From Eledone cirrhosa (Eukaryota), in NCBI GenBank assembly GCA_964016885.1, contig OZ024765.1, positions 22,072,001 to 22,136,000 of the forward strand: a stretch of 64,000 nt of DNA, written 5' to 3'. How positions within the stretch are numbered: the first letter of the stretch is position 1; each line of letters begins with the position of its first letter. Position numbers and translations under genes: made by a program. A model generated the notes under the pieces. It was not told where the DNA came from and did no database searches. It saw only the letters and a program-made list of their open reading frames with translations. This document shows positions 26,401-40,339 of this stretch, one piece after another.

Positions 26401-29400
26401 TACAGTACCTAGTAGTGCTATCTTTTGTATGTTGTATATATTTGTCAGTCCTGTGGTACTCTATATAATATATATATACAGTACCTAGTAGTGCTATCTT
26501 TTGTATACTGTATATATTTGTAAGTCCTGTGGTACTCTATATAATATATATATATATACAGTACCTAGTAGTGCTATCTTCTGTATGCTGTATATATTTG
26601 TAAGTCCTGTGGTACTCTATATAATATATATATACAGTACCTAGTAGTGCTATCTTCTGTATGCTGTATATATTTGTAAGTCCTGTGGTACTCTATATAA
26701 TATATATACAGTACCTAGTAGTGCTATCTTTTGTATGTTGTATATATTTGTAAGTCCTGTGGTACTCTATATAATATATATATACAGTACCTAGTAGTGC
26801 TATCTTCTGTATGTTGTATATATTTGTAAGTCCTGTGGTACTCTATATATATATATATATATACAGTACCTAGTAGTGCTATCTTTTGTATGTTGTATAT
26901 ATTTGTAAGTCCTGTGGTACTCTATGATATATATATATACAGTGCCTAGTAGTGCTATCTTCTGTATGTTGTATATATTTGTAAGTCCTGTGGTACTCTA
27001 TATAATATATATAGTGTCGAGTAGTGCTATATTTTGTATGCTGTATATATTTGTAAGTCCTGTGGTACTCTATATAATATATATACAGTACCTAGTAGTG
27101 CTATCTTCTGTATGTTGTATATATTTGTAAGTCCTGTGGTACTCTATATAATATATATACAGTACCTAGTAGTGCTATCTTCTGTATGTTGTATATATTT
27201 GTAAGTCCTGTGGTACTCTATATAATATATATATATACAGTACCTAGTAGTGCTATCTTCTGTATGCTGTATATATTTGTAAGTCCTGTGGTACTCTATA
27301 TAATATATATACAGTACCTAGTAGTGTTATCTTTTGTATGTTATATATATTTGTAAGTCCTGTGGTACTCTATATAATATATATACAGTACCTAGTAGTG
27401 CTATCTTTTGTATGTTGTATATATTTGTAAGTCCTGTGGTACTCTATATAATATATATACAGTACCTAGTAGTGCTATCTTTTGTATGTTGTATATATTT
27501 GTAAGTCCTGTGGTACTCTATATGATATATATACAGTACCTAGTAGTGCTATCTTTTGTATACTGTATATATTTGTAAGTCCTGTGGTACTCTATGATAT
27601 ATATATACAGTACCTAGTAGTGCTATCTTTTGTATGTTGTATATATTTGTCAGTCCTGTGGTACTCTATATAATATATATATACAGTACCTAGTAGTGCT
27701 ATCTTTTGTATACTGTATATATTTGTAAGTCCTGTGGTACTCTATATAATATATATATATATACAGTACCTAGTAGTGCTATCTTCTGTATGCTGTATAT
27801 ATTTGTAAGTCCTGTGGTACTCTATATAATATATATATACAGTACCTAGTAGTGCTATCTTCTGTATGCTGTATATATTTGTAAGTCCTGTGGTACTCTA
27901 TATAATATATATACAGTACCTAGTAGTGCTATCTTTTGTATGTTGTATATATTTGTAAGTCCTGTGGTACTCTATATAATATATATATACAGTACCTAGT
28001 AGTGCTATCTTCTGTATGTTGTATATATTTGTAAGTCCTGTGGTACTCTATATATATATATATAGATACAGTACCTAGTAGTGCTATCTTTTGTATGTTG
28101 TATATATTTGTAAGTCCTGTGGTACTCTATGATATATATATATACAGTGCCTAGTAGTGCTATCTTCTGTATGTTGTATATATTTGTAAGTCCTGTGGTA
28201 CTCTATGATATATATATACAGTACCTAGTAGTGCTATATTTTGTATGTTGTATATATTTGTAAGTCCTGTGGTACTCTATATAATATATATAGTGTCGAG
28301 TAGTGCTATATTTTGTATGCTGTATATATTTGTAAGTCCTGTGGTACTCTATATAATATATATACAGTACCTAGTAGTGCTATCTTTTGTATACTGTATA
28401 TATTTGTAAGTCCTGTGGTACTCTATATAATATATATAGTGTCGAGTAGTGCTATCTTTTGTATGTTGTATATATTTGTAAGTCCTGTGGTACTCTATAT
28501 AATATATATACAGTACCTAGTAGTGCTATCTTCTGTATGTTGTATATATTTGTAAGTCCTGTGGTACTCTATATATATATATATACAGTACCTAGTAGTG
28601 CTATCTTCTGTATGTTGTATATATTTGTAAGTCCTGTGGTACTCTATATAATATATATACAGTACCTAGTAGTGCTATCTTCTGTATGTTGTATATATTT
28701 GTAAGTCCTGTGGTACTCTATATAATATATATACAGTACCTAGTAGTGCTATCTTCTGTATGTTGTATATATTTGTAAGTCCTGTGGTACTCTATATAAT
28801 ATATATATATACAGTACCTAGTAGTGCTATCTTCTGTATGCTGTATATATTTGTAAGTCCTGTGGTACTCTATATAATATATATACAGTACCTAGTAGTG
28901 CTATCTTCTGTATGCTGTATATATTTGTAAGGCCTGTGGTACTCTATATAATATATATACAGTACCTAGTAGTGTTATCTTTTGTATGTTATATATATTT
29001 GTAAGTCCTGTGGTACTCTATATAATATATATACAGTACCTAATAGTGCTATCTTTTGTATGTTGTATATATTTGTAAGTCCTGTGGTACTGTATATATA
29101 TATATATACAGTAAGTACCTAGTAGTGCTATCTTTTGTATGTTGTATATATTTGTAAGTCCTGTGGTACTCTATGATATATATATACAATACCTCGTAGT
29201 GCTATCTTTTGTATGTTGTATATATTTGTAAGTCCTGTGGTACTCTATATAATATATATACAGTACCTAGTAGTGCTATCTTTTGTATACTGTATATATT
29301 TGTAAGTCCTGTGGTACTCTATATAATATATATATACAGTACCTAGTAGTGCTATCTTCTGTATGCTGTATATATTTGTAAGTCCTGTGGTACTCTATAT

Positions 29401-32400
29401 AATATATATATACAGTACCTAGTAGTGCTATCTTCTGTATGCTGTATATATTTGTAAGTCCTGTGGTACTCTATATAATATATATAGTGTCGAGTAGTGC
29501 TATCTTTTGTATGTTGTATATATTTGTAAGTCCTGTGGTACTGTATATATATATATATACAGTAAGTACCTAGTAGTGCTATCTTCTGTATGCTGTATAT
29601 ATATTTGTAAGTCCTGTGGTACTCTATATAATATATATACAGTACCTAGTAGTGCTATCTTTTGTATGTTGTATATATTTGTAAGTCCTGTGGTACTCTA
29701 TGATATATATATACAGTACCTCGTAGTGCTATCTTTTGTATGTTGTATATATTTGTAAGTCCTGTGGTACTCTATATAATATATATACAGTACCTAGTAG
29801 TGCTATCTTTTGTATACTGTATATATTTGTAAGTCCTGTGGTACTCTATATAATATATATATACAGTACCTAGTAGTGCTATCTTCTGTATGCTGTATAT
29901 ATTTGTAAGTCCTGTGGTACTCTATATAATATATATATACAGTACCTAGTAGTGCTATCTTCTGTATGCTGTATATATTTGTAAGTCCTGTGGTACTCTA
30001 TATAATATATATAGTGTCGAGTAGTGCTATATTTTGTATGCTGTATATATTTGTAAGTCCTGTGGTACTCTATATAATATATATACAGTACCTAGTAGTG
30101 CTATCTTTTGTATACTGTATATATTTGTAAGTCCTGTGGTACTCTATATAATATATATAGTGTCGAGTAGTGCTATCTTTTGTATGTTGTATATATTTGT
30201 AAGTCCTGTGGTACTCTATATAATATATATACAGTACCTAGTAGTGCTATCTTTTGTATGTTATATATATTTGTAAGTCCTGTGGTACTCTATATAATAT
30301 ATATACAGTACCTAGTAGTGCTATCTTCTGTATGTTGTATATATTTGTAAGTCCTGTGGTACTCTATATAATATATATACAGTACCTAGTAGTGCTATCT
30401 TCTGTATGCTGTATATATTTGTAAGTCCTGTGGTACTCTATATATATATATATATACAGTACCTAGTAGTGCTATCTTTTGTATGTTGTATATATTTGTA
30501 AGTCCTGTGGTACTCTATGATATATATACAGTACCTAGTAGTGCTATCTTTTGTATGTTGTATATATTTGTAAGTCCTGTGGTACTCTATATAATATATA
30601 TATATACAGTACCTAGTAGTGCTATCTTCTGTATGCTGTATATATTTGTAAGTCCTGTGGTACTCTATATAATATATATACAGTACCTAGTAGTGCTATC
30701 TTTTGTATGTTGTATATATTTGTAAGTCCTGTGGTACTCTATATATATATATATATACAGTACCTAGTAGTGCTATCTTTTGTATGTTGTATATATTTGT
30801 AAGTCCTGTGGTACTCTATGATATATATACAGTACCTAGTAGTGCTATCTTTTGTATGTTGTATATATTTGTCAGTCCTGTGGTACTCTATATAATATAT
30901 ATATACAGTACCTAGTAGTGCTATCTTTTGTATACTGTATATATTTGTAAGTCCTGTGGTACTCTATATAATATATATATATATACAGTACCTAGTAGTG
31001 CTATCTTCTGTATGCTGTATATATTTGTAAGTCCTGTGGTACTCTATATAATATATATATACAGTACCTAGTAGTGCTATCTTCTGTATGCTGTATATAT
31101 TTGTAAGTCCTGTGGTACTCTATATAATATATATACAGTACCTAGTAGTGCTATCTTTTGTATGTTGTATATATTTGTAAGTCCTGTGGTACTCTATATA
31201 ATATATATATACAGTACCTAGTAGTGCTATCTTCTGTATGTTGTATATATTTGTAAGTCCTGTGGTACTCTATATATATATATATATATACAGTACCTAG
31301 TAGTGCTATCTTTTGTATGTTGTATATATTTGTAAGTCCTGTGGTACTCTATGATATATATATATACAGTGCCTAGTAGTGCTATCTTCTGTATGTTGTA
31401 TATATTTGTAAGTCCTGTGGTACTCTATGATATATATATACAGTACCTAGTAGTGCTATATTTTGTATGTTGTATATATTTGTAAGTCCTGTGGTACTCT
31501 ATATAATATATATAGTGTCGAGTAGTGCTATATTTTGTATGCTGTATATATTTGTAAGTCCTGTGGTACTCTATATAATATATATACAGTACCTAGTAGT
31601 GCTATCTTCTGTATGTTGTATATATTTGTAAGTCCTGTGGTACTCTATATAATATATATACAGTACCTAGTAGTGCTATCTTCTGTATGTTGTATATATT
31701 TGTAAGTCCTGTGGTACTCTATATAATATATATATATACAGTACCTAGTAGTGCTATCTTCTGTATGCTGTATATATTTGTAAGTCCTGTGGTACTCTAT
31801 ATAATATATATACAGTACCTAGTAGTGTTATCTTTTGTATGTTATATATATTTGTAAGTCCTGTGGTACTCTATATAATATATATACAGTACCTAGTAGT
31901 GCTATCTTTTGTATGTTGTATATATTTGTAAGTCCTGTGGTACTCTATATAATATATATACAGTACCTAGTAGTGCTATCTTTTGTATGTTGTATATATT
32001 TGTAAGTCCTGTGGTACTCTATATGATATATATACAGTACCTAGTAGTGCTATCTTTTGTATACTGTATATATTTGTAAGTCCTGTGGTACTCTATGATA
32101 TATATACAGTACCTAGTAGTGCTATCTTTTGTATGTTGTATATATTTGTCAGTCCTGTGGTACTCTATATAATATATATATACAGTACCTAGTAGTGCTA
32201 TCTTTTGTATACTGTATATATTTGTAAGTCCTGTGGTACTCTATATAATATATATATATATACAGTACCTAGTAGTGCTATCTTCTGTATGCTGTATATA
32301 TTTGTAAGTCCTGTGGTACTCTATATAATATATATATACAGTACCTAGTAGTGCTATCTTCTGTATGCTGTATATATTTGTAAGTCCTGTGGTACTCTAT

Positions 32401-35400
32401 ATAATATATATACAGTACCTAGTAGTGCTATCTTTTGTATGTTGTATATATTTGTAAGTCCTGTGGTACTCTATATAATATATATATACAGTACCTAGTA
32501 GTGCTATCTTCTGTATGTTGTATATATTTGTAAGTCCTGTGGTACTCTATATATATATATATATATACAGTACCTAGTAGTGCTATCTTTTGTATGTTGT
32601 ATATATTTGTAAGTCCTGTGGTACTCTATGATATATATATATACAGTGCCTAGTAGTGCTATCTTCTGTATGTTGTATATATTTGTAAGTCCTGTGGTAC
32701 TCTATGATATATATATACAGTACCTAGTAGTGCTATATTTTGTATGTTGTATATATTTGTAAGTCCTGTGGTACTCTATATAATATATATAGTGTCGAGT
32801 AGTGCTATATTTTGTATGCTGTATATATTTGTAAGTCCTGTGGTACTCTATATAATATATATACAGTACCTAGTAGTGCTATCTTTTGTATACTGTATAT
32901 ATTTGTAAGTCCTGTGGTACTCTATATAATATATATAGTGTCGAGTAGTGCTATCTTTTGTATGTTGTATATATTTGTAAGTCCTGTGGTACTCTATATA
33001 ATATATATACAGTACCTAGTAGTGCTATCTTCTGTATGTTGTATATATTTGTAAGTCCTGTGGTACTCTATATATATATATATACAGTACCTAGTAGTGC
33101 TATCTTCTGTATGTTGTATATATTTGTAAGTCCTGTGGTACTCTATATAATATATATACAGTACCTAGTAGTGCTATCTTCTGTATGTTGTATATATTTG
33201 TAAGTCCTGTGGTACTCTATATAATATATATACAGTACCTAGTAGTGCTATCTTCTGTATGTTGTATATATTTGTAAGTCCTGTGGTACTCTATATAATA
33301 TATATATATACAGTACCTAGTAGTGCTATCTTCTGTATGCTGTATATATTTGTAAGTCCTGTGGTACTCTATATAATATATATACAGTACCTAGTAGTGT
33401 TATCTTTTGTATGTTATATATATTTGTAAGTCCTGTGGTACTCTATATAATATATATACAGTACCTAGTAGTGCTATCTTTTGTATGTTGTATATATTTG
33501 TAAGTCCTGTGGTACTCTATATAATATATATACAGTACCTAGTAGTGCTATCTTTTGTATGTTGTATATATTTGTAAGTCCTGTGGTACTCTATATGATA
33601 TATATACAGTACCTAGTAGTGCTATCTTTTGTATACTGTATATATTTGTAAGTCCTGTGGTACTCTATATAATATATATAGTGTCTAGTAGTGCTATCTT
33701 TTGTATGTTGTATATATTTGTAGGTCCTGTGATACTCTATATAATATATATATATACAGTACCTAGTAGTGCTATCTTCTGTATGCTGTATATATTTGTA
33801 AGTCCTGTGATACTCTATATAATATATATATATACAGTACCTAGTAGTGCTATCTTCTGTATGCTGTATATATTTGTAAGGCCTGTGGTACTCTATATAA
33901 TATATATACAGTACCTAGTAGTGTTATCTTTTGTATGTTATATATATTTGTAAGTCCTGTGGTACTCTATATAATATATATACAGTACCTAGTAGTGCTA
34001 TCTTTTGTATGTTGTATATATTTGTAAGTCCTGTGGTACTGTATATATATATATATACAGTAAGTACCTAGTAGTGCTATCTTCTGTATGCTGTATATAT
34101 ATTTGTAAGTCCTGTGGTACTCTATATAATATATATACAGTACCTAGTAGTGCTATCTTTTGTATGTTGTATATATTTGTAAGTCCTGTGGTACTCTATG
34201 ATATATATATACAGTACCTCGTAGTGCTATCTTTTGTATGTTGTATATATTTGTAAGTCCTGTGGTACTCTATATAATATATATACAGTACCTAGTAGTG
34301 CTATCTTTTGTATACTGTATATATTTGTAAGTCCTGTGGTACTCTATATAATATATATATACAGTACCTAGTAGTGCTATCTTCTGTATGCTGTATATAT
34401 TTGTAAGTCCTGTGGTACTCTATATAATATATATATACAGTACCTAGTAGTGCTATCTTCTGTATGCTGTATATATTTGTAAGTCCTGTGGTACTCTATA
34501 TAATATATATACAGTACCTAGTAGTGCTATATTTTGTATGCTGTATATATTTGTAAGTCCTGTGGTACTCTATATAATATATATACAGTACCTAGTAGTG
34601 CTATCTTTTGTATACTGTATATATTTGTAAGTCCTGTGGTACTCTATATAATATATATAGTGTCGAGTAGTGCTATCTTTTGTATGTTGTATATATTTGT
34701 AAGTCCTGTGGTACTCTATATAATATATATACAGTACCTAGTAGTGCTATCTTTTGTATGTTATATATATTTGTAAGTCCTGTGGTACTCTATATAATAT
34801 ATATACAGTACCTAGTAGTGCTATCTTCTGTATGTTGTATATATTTGTAAGTCCTGTGGTACTCTATATAATATATATACAGTACCTAGTAGTGCTATCT
34901 TCTGTATGCTGTATATATTTGTAAGTCCTGTGGTACTCTATATATATATATATATACAGTACCTAGTAGTGCTATCTTTTGTATGTTGTATATATTTGTA
35001 AGTCCTGTGGTACTCTATGATATATATACAGTACCTAGTAGTGCTATCTTTTGTATGTTGTATATATTTGTAAGTCCTGTGGTACTCTATATAATATATA
35101 TATATACAGTACCTAGTAGTGCTATCTTCTGTATGCTGTATATATTTGTAAGTCCTGTGGTACTCTATATAATATATATACAGTACCTAGTAGTGCTATC
35201 TTTTGTATGTTGTATATATTTGTAAGTCCTGTGGTACTCTATATATATATATATATATACAGTACCTAGTAGTGCTATCTTTTGTATGTTGTATATATTT
35301 GTAAGTCCTGTGGTACTCTATATAATATATATATACAGTACCTAGTAGTGCTATCTTTTGTATACTGTATATATTTGTAAGTCCTGTGGTACTCTATATA

Positions 35401-36510
35401 ATATATATATATATACAGTACCTAGTAGTGCTATCTTCTGTATGCTGTATATATTTGTAAGTCCTGTGGTACTCTATATAATATATATATACAGTACCTA
35501 GTAGTGCTATCTTCTGTATGCTGTATATATTTGTAAGTCCTGTGGTACTCTATATAATATATATACAGTACCTAGTAGTGCTATCTTTTGTATGTTGTAT
35601 ATATTTGTAAGTCCTGTGGTACTCTATATAATATATATATACAGTACCTAGTAGTGCTATCTTCTGTATGTTGTATATATTTGTAAGTCCTGTGGTACTC
35701 TATATATATATATATACAGTACCTAGTAGTGCTATCTTCTGTATGTTGTATATATTTGTAAGTCCTGTGGTACTCTATATAATATATATAGTGTCGAGTA
35801 GTGCTATCTTCTGTATGTTGTATATATTTGTAGGTCCTGTGGTACTCTATATAATATATATACAGTACCTAGTAGTGCTATATTTTGTATGTTGTATATA
35901 TTTGTAAGTCCTGTCGTACTCTATATAATATATATACAGTACCTAGTAGTGCTATATTTTGTATGTTGTATATATTTGTAAGTCCTGTGGTACTCTATAT
36001 AATATATATACAGTACCTAGTAGTGCTATCTTTTGTATGCTGTATATATTTGTAAGTCCTGTGGTACTCTATATAATATATATACAGTACCTAGTAGTGC
36101 TATCTTCTGTATACTGTATATATTTGTAAGTCCTGTGGTACTCTATATAATATATATATATACAGTACCTAGTAGTGCTATCTTTTGTATGTTGTATATA
36201 TTTGTAAGTCCTGTGGTACTCCATATAATATATATACAGTACCTAGTAGTGCTATCTTCTGTATGTTGTATATATTTGTAAGTCCTGTGGTACTCTATAT
36301 AATATATATATATACAGTACCTAGTAGTGCTATCTTCTGTATGCTGTATATATTTGTAAGTCCTGTGGTACTCTATATAATATATATACAGTACCTAGTA
36401 GTGTTATCTTTTGTATGTTATATATATTTGTAAGTCCTGTGGTACTCTATATATATATATACAGTACCTAGTAGTGCTATCTTCTGTATGCTGTATATAT
36501 TTGTAAGTCC
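11466..36510. repeat. 74-bp satellite, 25 kb (about 340 copies), with 7071-bp and about 4.4-4.5-kb higher-order duplications
   Basis: Unit tgtatgttgtatatatttgtaagtcctgtggtactctatataatatatatacagtacctagtagtgctatcttt with variable (TA)n. Variant patterns recur at +7071 (12277/19348, 18005/25076) and at +4427/+4500 (25607/30034/34534). Confidence 0.98.
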
Positions 36511-36678
36511 AGGGGTTCGGCTATCTATCTGTCTGGTTTTTTTTTATCATTCCTAGATCACCTATTATTATAGGTATTGTTTCTACTTTCATTTTCCACA
36601 TTCGAGTTATTTCTATCTCTAGATCTTTATATTTGGAGAGTTTCTCCATTTCCTTGGGTTATTATTATTGCTCTGTTG

Positions 36679-36880
36679 AGGGCGGTGGATTGGCAGTATC
36701 GGTAGAGGGTCGGACGTCATGCTTTGACGCATAGAATTACGGCCCTTTCCATTCTGAGTTCAAATCCCGCTGAGGTCAACTTTGCCTTTCATCCTTACGG
36801 GGTCGATAAAATAAAGTACCAGTAATGCACTCGGTAATTGCTGGCCTTTTGGCCAACAGTAGAAACAGTTATTATCATTA
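36679..36880 (+). mobile_element. Family-1 SINE, full length
   Basis: GGGCGGTGGATTGGCAGTATCGG head, B box, Nin/Deu-like block, gtagaaac tail. Confidence 0.85.
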
Positions 36881-36911
36881 TTTTTCTTATTTTATCATCT
36901 TTTGTTGTCAG

Positions 36912-37022
36912 ACAAACCAGATTTTGAGAATGCCATATGGGACATGAGCTCTCTACCGTCTAGCTTCATCGAGGAACACATCAACTGTTGCAGACTCTTC
37001 CATAACTGGCGGCAGTCGGTCA
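36912..37022 (+). pseudogene. Partial duplicate of CMTR2 exon D (acceptor plus about 110 nt); decoy or possible alternative terminal exon
   Basis: Same acceptor (ttttcttattttatcatcttttgttgtcAG) and near-identical coding sequence to 37956-38066. It then runs into the 63-bp array with an in-frame TAG at 37046-37048. Confidence 0.85.
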
Positions 37023-37746
37023 TAACAAGTGGCCTATTGGTGATATAGCCATGCAGACCCTTCCATAACTGGCAGCAGTCGGCCATAACAAGTGGCCTAT
37101 TGGTGATATAGCCATGCAGACTCTTCCATAACTGGCAGCAGTCGGCCATAACAAGTGGCCTATTGGTGATATAGCCATGCAGACTCTTCCATAACTGGCA
37201 GCAGTCGGTCATAACAAGTGGCCTATTGGTGATATAGCCATGCAGACTCTTCCATAACTGGCAGCAGTCGGCCATAACAAGTGGCCTATTGGTGATATAG
37301 CCATGCAGACTCTTCCATAACTGGCAGCAGTCGGCCATAACAAATGGCCTATTGGTGATATAGCCATGCAGACTCTTCCATAACTGGCAGCAGTCGGCCA
37401 TAACAAGTGGCCTATTGGTGATATAGCCATGCAGACTCTTCCATAACTGGCAGCAGTCGGCCATAACAAGTGGCCTATTGGTGATATAGCCATGCAGACT
37501 CTTCCATAACTGGCAGCAGTCGGCCATAACAAGTGGCCTATTGGTGATATAGCCTTGCAGACTCTTCCATAACTGGCAGCAGTCGGCCATAACAAGTGGC
37601 CTATTGGTGATATAGCCATGCAGACTCTTCCATAACTGGCAGCAGTCGGCCATAACAAGTGGCCTATTGGTGATATAGCCATGCAGACTCTTCCATAACT
37701 GGCAGCAGTCGGCCATAACAAGTGACCTATTGGTGATATAGCCATG
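36989..37746. repeat. 63-bp minisatellite (12 copies): 35 nt of CMTR2 exon D + 28 nt filler
   Basis: tgcagactcttccataactggcagcagtcggccat (= 38033-38067) + aacaagtggcctattggtgatatagcca. Confidence 0.95.
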
Positions 37747-37955
37747 GCCTGGATTCCTAGTCTTGGAGCGTTGTCTTCTTGAATAAAATAGTTTATTTAA
37801 CGTTGCTTCTTTTGCCATGTGTGGTGACTGACAGATAGAATGATCAATCTAAAGACTAGTACCAGTAATGCACTCGGTAATTGCTGGCCTTGTGACCAAC
37901 AGTAGAAACAATTATTATCATTTGTTTTTCTTATTTTATCATCTTTTGTTGTCAG

Positions 37956-38215
37956 ACAAACCAGATTTTGAGAATGCCATATGGGACATGAGCTCTCTAC
38001 CGTCTAGCTTCATCGAGGAACACATCAACTGTTGCAGACTCTTCCATAACTGGCAGCAGTCGGCCATTCAAAGAAATCTCTCCCTCTTCAAAGACACTCA
38101 ACGCTGTGAACGACTCTCTCTGATGCGCGGACACTGTTTCAACGAATACGTCTCGCGCTACAATATCCTTCACCTTCCTGTCGGTTTCACTGTCGTCAAT
38201 GCTCATGATAAATAC
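37956..38215 (+). CDS. CMTR2: CMTR2 exon D
   Basis: Phase-1 acceptor matches the end of exon C. DKPDFENAIWDMSSLPSSFIEEHINCCRLFHNWQQSAIQRNLSLFKD...HDKY resembles CMTR2 P.SF...H..CC..F...Q...I..N..LF. GTATGT donor at 38216, phase 0. Confidence 0.9.
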
Positions 38216-38229
38216 GTATGTTACTCTAG

Positions 38230-38515
38230 TTGATGATGATGATTGTGAGGGTGGTGATGATAGTAGCGTTGTGGTGGTGGTGGTGAGGGTGGTGGTGGTA
38301 GTGAGGATGGTGAGGGTGGTGGTGGTGGTGGTGGTGAGGATGGTGGTGGTAGGGGTGAGGATGGTGATGGTGGTGGTGAGGGTGGTGGTGGTGGTGGTGA
38401 GGGTGAGGATGGTGGTGAGGGTGAGGATGGTGGTGGTGGTGGTGAGGATGGTGGTGGTGATGGTGGTGGTGGTGGTGAGGACGGTGGTGATAGTGGTGAT
38501 GGTGGTGATGATGAT
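38230..38515. repeat. (GGT/GAT/GAG)n microsatellite just after the exon D donor
   Basis: Directly visible; the poly-V and poly-P ORFs are by-products. Confidence 0.9.
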
Positions 38516-38975
38516 AACATATGTAATTTTTGTGTTTTATTATCTTTTTGCTGCCAAATAATTTAGAAAATAATCAAGAATTTAGAGAGATTTAGTCATA
38601 TAGCTATCTTGTTATTAAGCTGGAACATAACTTAACAAAGGTTCTTGAATAAAATTATAATGGAAGGTTTTTAGATAAATATAAACAATTTTAAATAAAC
38701 AGCTTTGTATCGTAGAACGAAGGATGGTTGGAACATGCCATCATCTCCAACCTAATAGTTTGAAACATAAGTTTTAAATCTCCGAAGCCGTTTATGAAAG
38801 TATTGAAGAAGACAAGAAAACACACTTCGATCTTCCGACGTGGAAGAGGCTCCTATCAGAAGAAACCGTCACCGAATCATCATTTTTCTTACCTGTTGTA
38901 CAAACCTGGCTGGACACACAACACTGCACAAACATTCTAAAGGTTCTATAGAGTTATGAAATAATACATATGAAT

Positions 38976-39324
38976 GGAGGCACATGGCTTAGTGGTTAGA
39001 GCATTGGCCTTGCAATCGAAAGGTTGTGAATTCAATTCTCAGACCGGGTGATGTGTTGTTTCCTTGAGCAAGACACTTTATTTCACATTGCTCCAGTTTA
39101 CTCAGCTGTAGAAATGAGATGATAAGGACTGGGGTCCCTATCATTCCACTGCAAAGTGGTCGTGGAGGTGCCACGGCAAAAAAGCACCCAGCACTCACTG
39201 TAAATGAGGTTGGTGTTAGGAAGGGCATCCAGCTGTAGAAATCAAACCAAAATCAGTTCCCGTCCCACCCCTGCAAGCAGGGAAAAAGCGGACGTAAAAT
39301 GAAATGATGATGATGAAATGATGA
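38976..39324 (+). mobile_element. Family-2 SINE, full length
   Basis: Near-identical to 2040-2375. Confidence 0.9.
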
Positions 39325-39799
39325 ATAAGCCATAGATGACGAACATCATTAAGTAATGTCAGTTTCATGAGGAGATAAAACGCCTCCATCCTTTGGAAGA
39401 AAAAAAAAAAAAAAAATTGCGTATAAATCCTGGAAAACTGTAAATCCTGTATTAAAAAAAAAAAAAAAAAAATCACAAGGGATTGACACTCCAAATTCAC
39501 TATTCTCCTTTTACTTTGCTCCACTTTTCAAATTAAATGACACGACGGTTCAGTTATATTCAAATATTGTAAGCGCGTCCATTGAGAAAATCGTCTATGA
39601 CAAACTGCTCAGTTGCTCACATGTGTGTGTGCTGAACTCTGGGTCTTTCCGCTGGGAACAACCCCTTGTTTTCTCCCCCCCTCCTTTTTTTTGTGTACAT
39701 CCATCCATTCACTCATTCATTTACTGCCATTCTACCTTCCTGTGTCTTCCCCTCCATGCAGCCCCTTTTCGCTCTCGTTTTCTGGCACCTCCATATATA

Positions 39800-40335
39800 T
39801 AGGTGAGCTATGCTGCCCTCTTACCAGCACTTTCCCTGCCACCCACACACACCAGCCACCCACCTCTGATGCCGCTCGGTGTCCCAGTCCCCGGCCCCAC
39901 GCCCCATCCCCCACCCCTCCAAATCGACACCTGCAGCACTTGCGGCACCACTAACAAACGGAAGAGGGGCCGGAACTGTTTGGGGTGTGGCTGCTTCCAT
40001 CGGGACCGGCATCCAGGGACCCCAGGCACCTCATTGTCAAGCTTGACATGAGGAATGCCTTTAACTCTTTACGCCGGGATCATCTGCTCGAGGCCTGCCT
40101 CAGCCGAGCCCCCCTCTGCCTACCCGCTAGCCTACCTGTCGTATGGAGCCCCGAGCATGCTCCTAGCTGCTGATATGGTCATACCCTCAGCTACTGGGGT
40201 CCAACAGGGCGACCCTTTGGAACTCCTCCTGTTCGCCCTTGGTATTGACCACATCCCCCGGAGTATCACACCCCCTCTCAATGTCTGGTATCTGGATGAT
40301 GCTACGTCGGGCGGGCCCCTAAGGACGGTCTGCCA
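39800..40335 (+). mobile_element. Frameshifted, internally deleted CRE-like non-LTR retrotransposon RT fragment
   Basis: KLDMRNAFNSLRRD, GVQQGDPL.LLLF and WYLDD motifs in two frames, preceded by a Cys-rich CSTC...CLGCGCFH stretch. GC-rich relative to the host. Confidence 0.7.
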
Positions 40336-40339
40336 ATCA

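Noticed and set aside
3171-36433. Dozens of repeat-peptide ORFs ([16 protein letters not shown]; YTVPSSAIFCMLYIFVSPVV)
   Set aside because: By-products of the 48-bp and 74-bp satellites, with frequent frame-breaking indels; they lie inside CMTR2 introns.
36895-37818. 307-aa antisense Cys-rich repeat ORF
   Set aside because: A 63-bp unit is a multiple of 3, so a stop-free frame is expected by chance; the unit derives from the sense exon.
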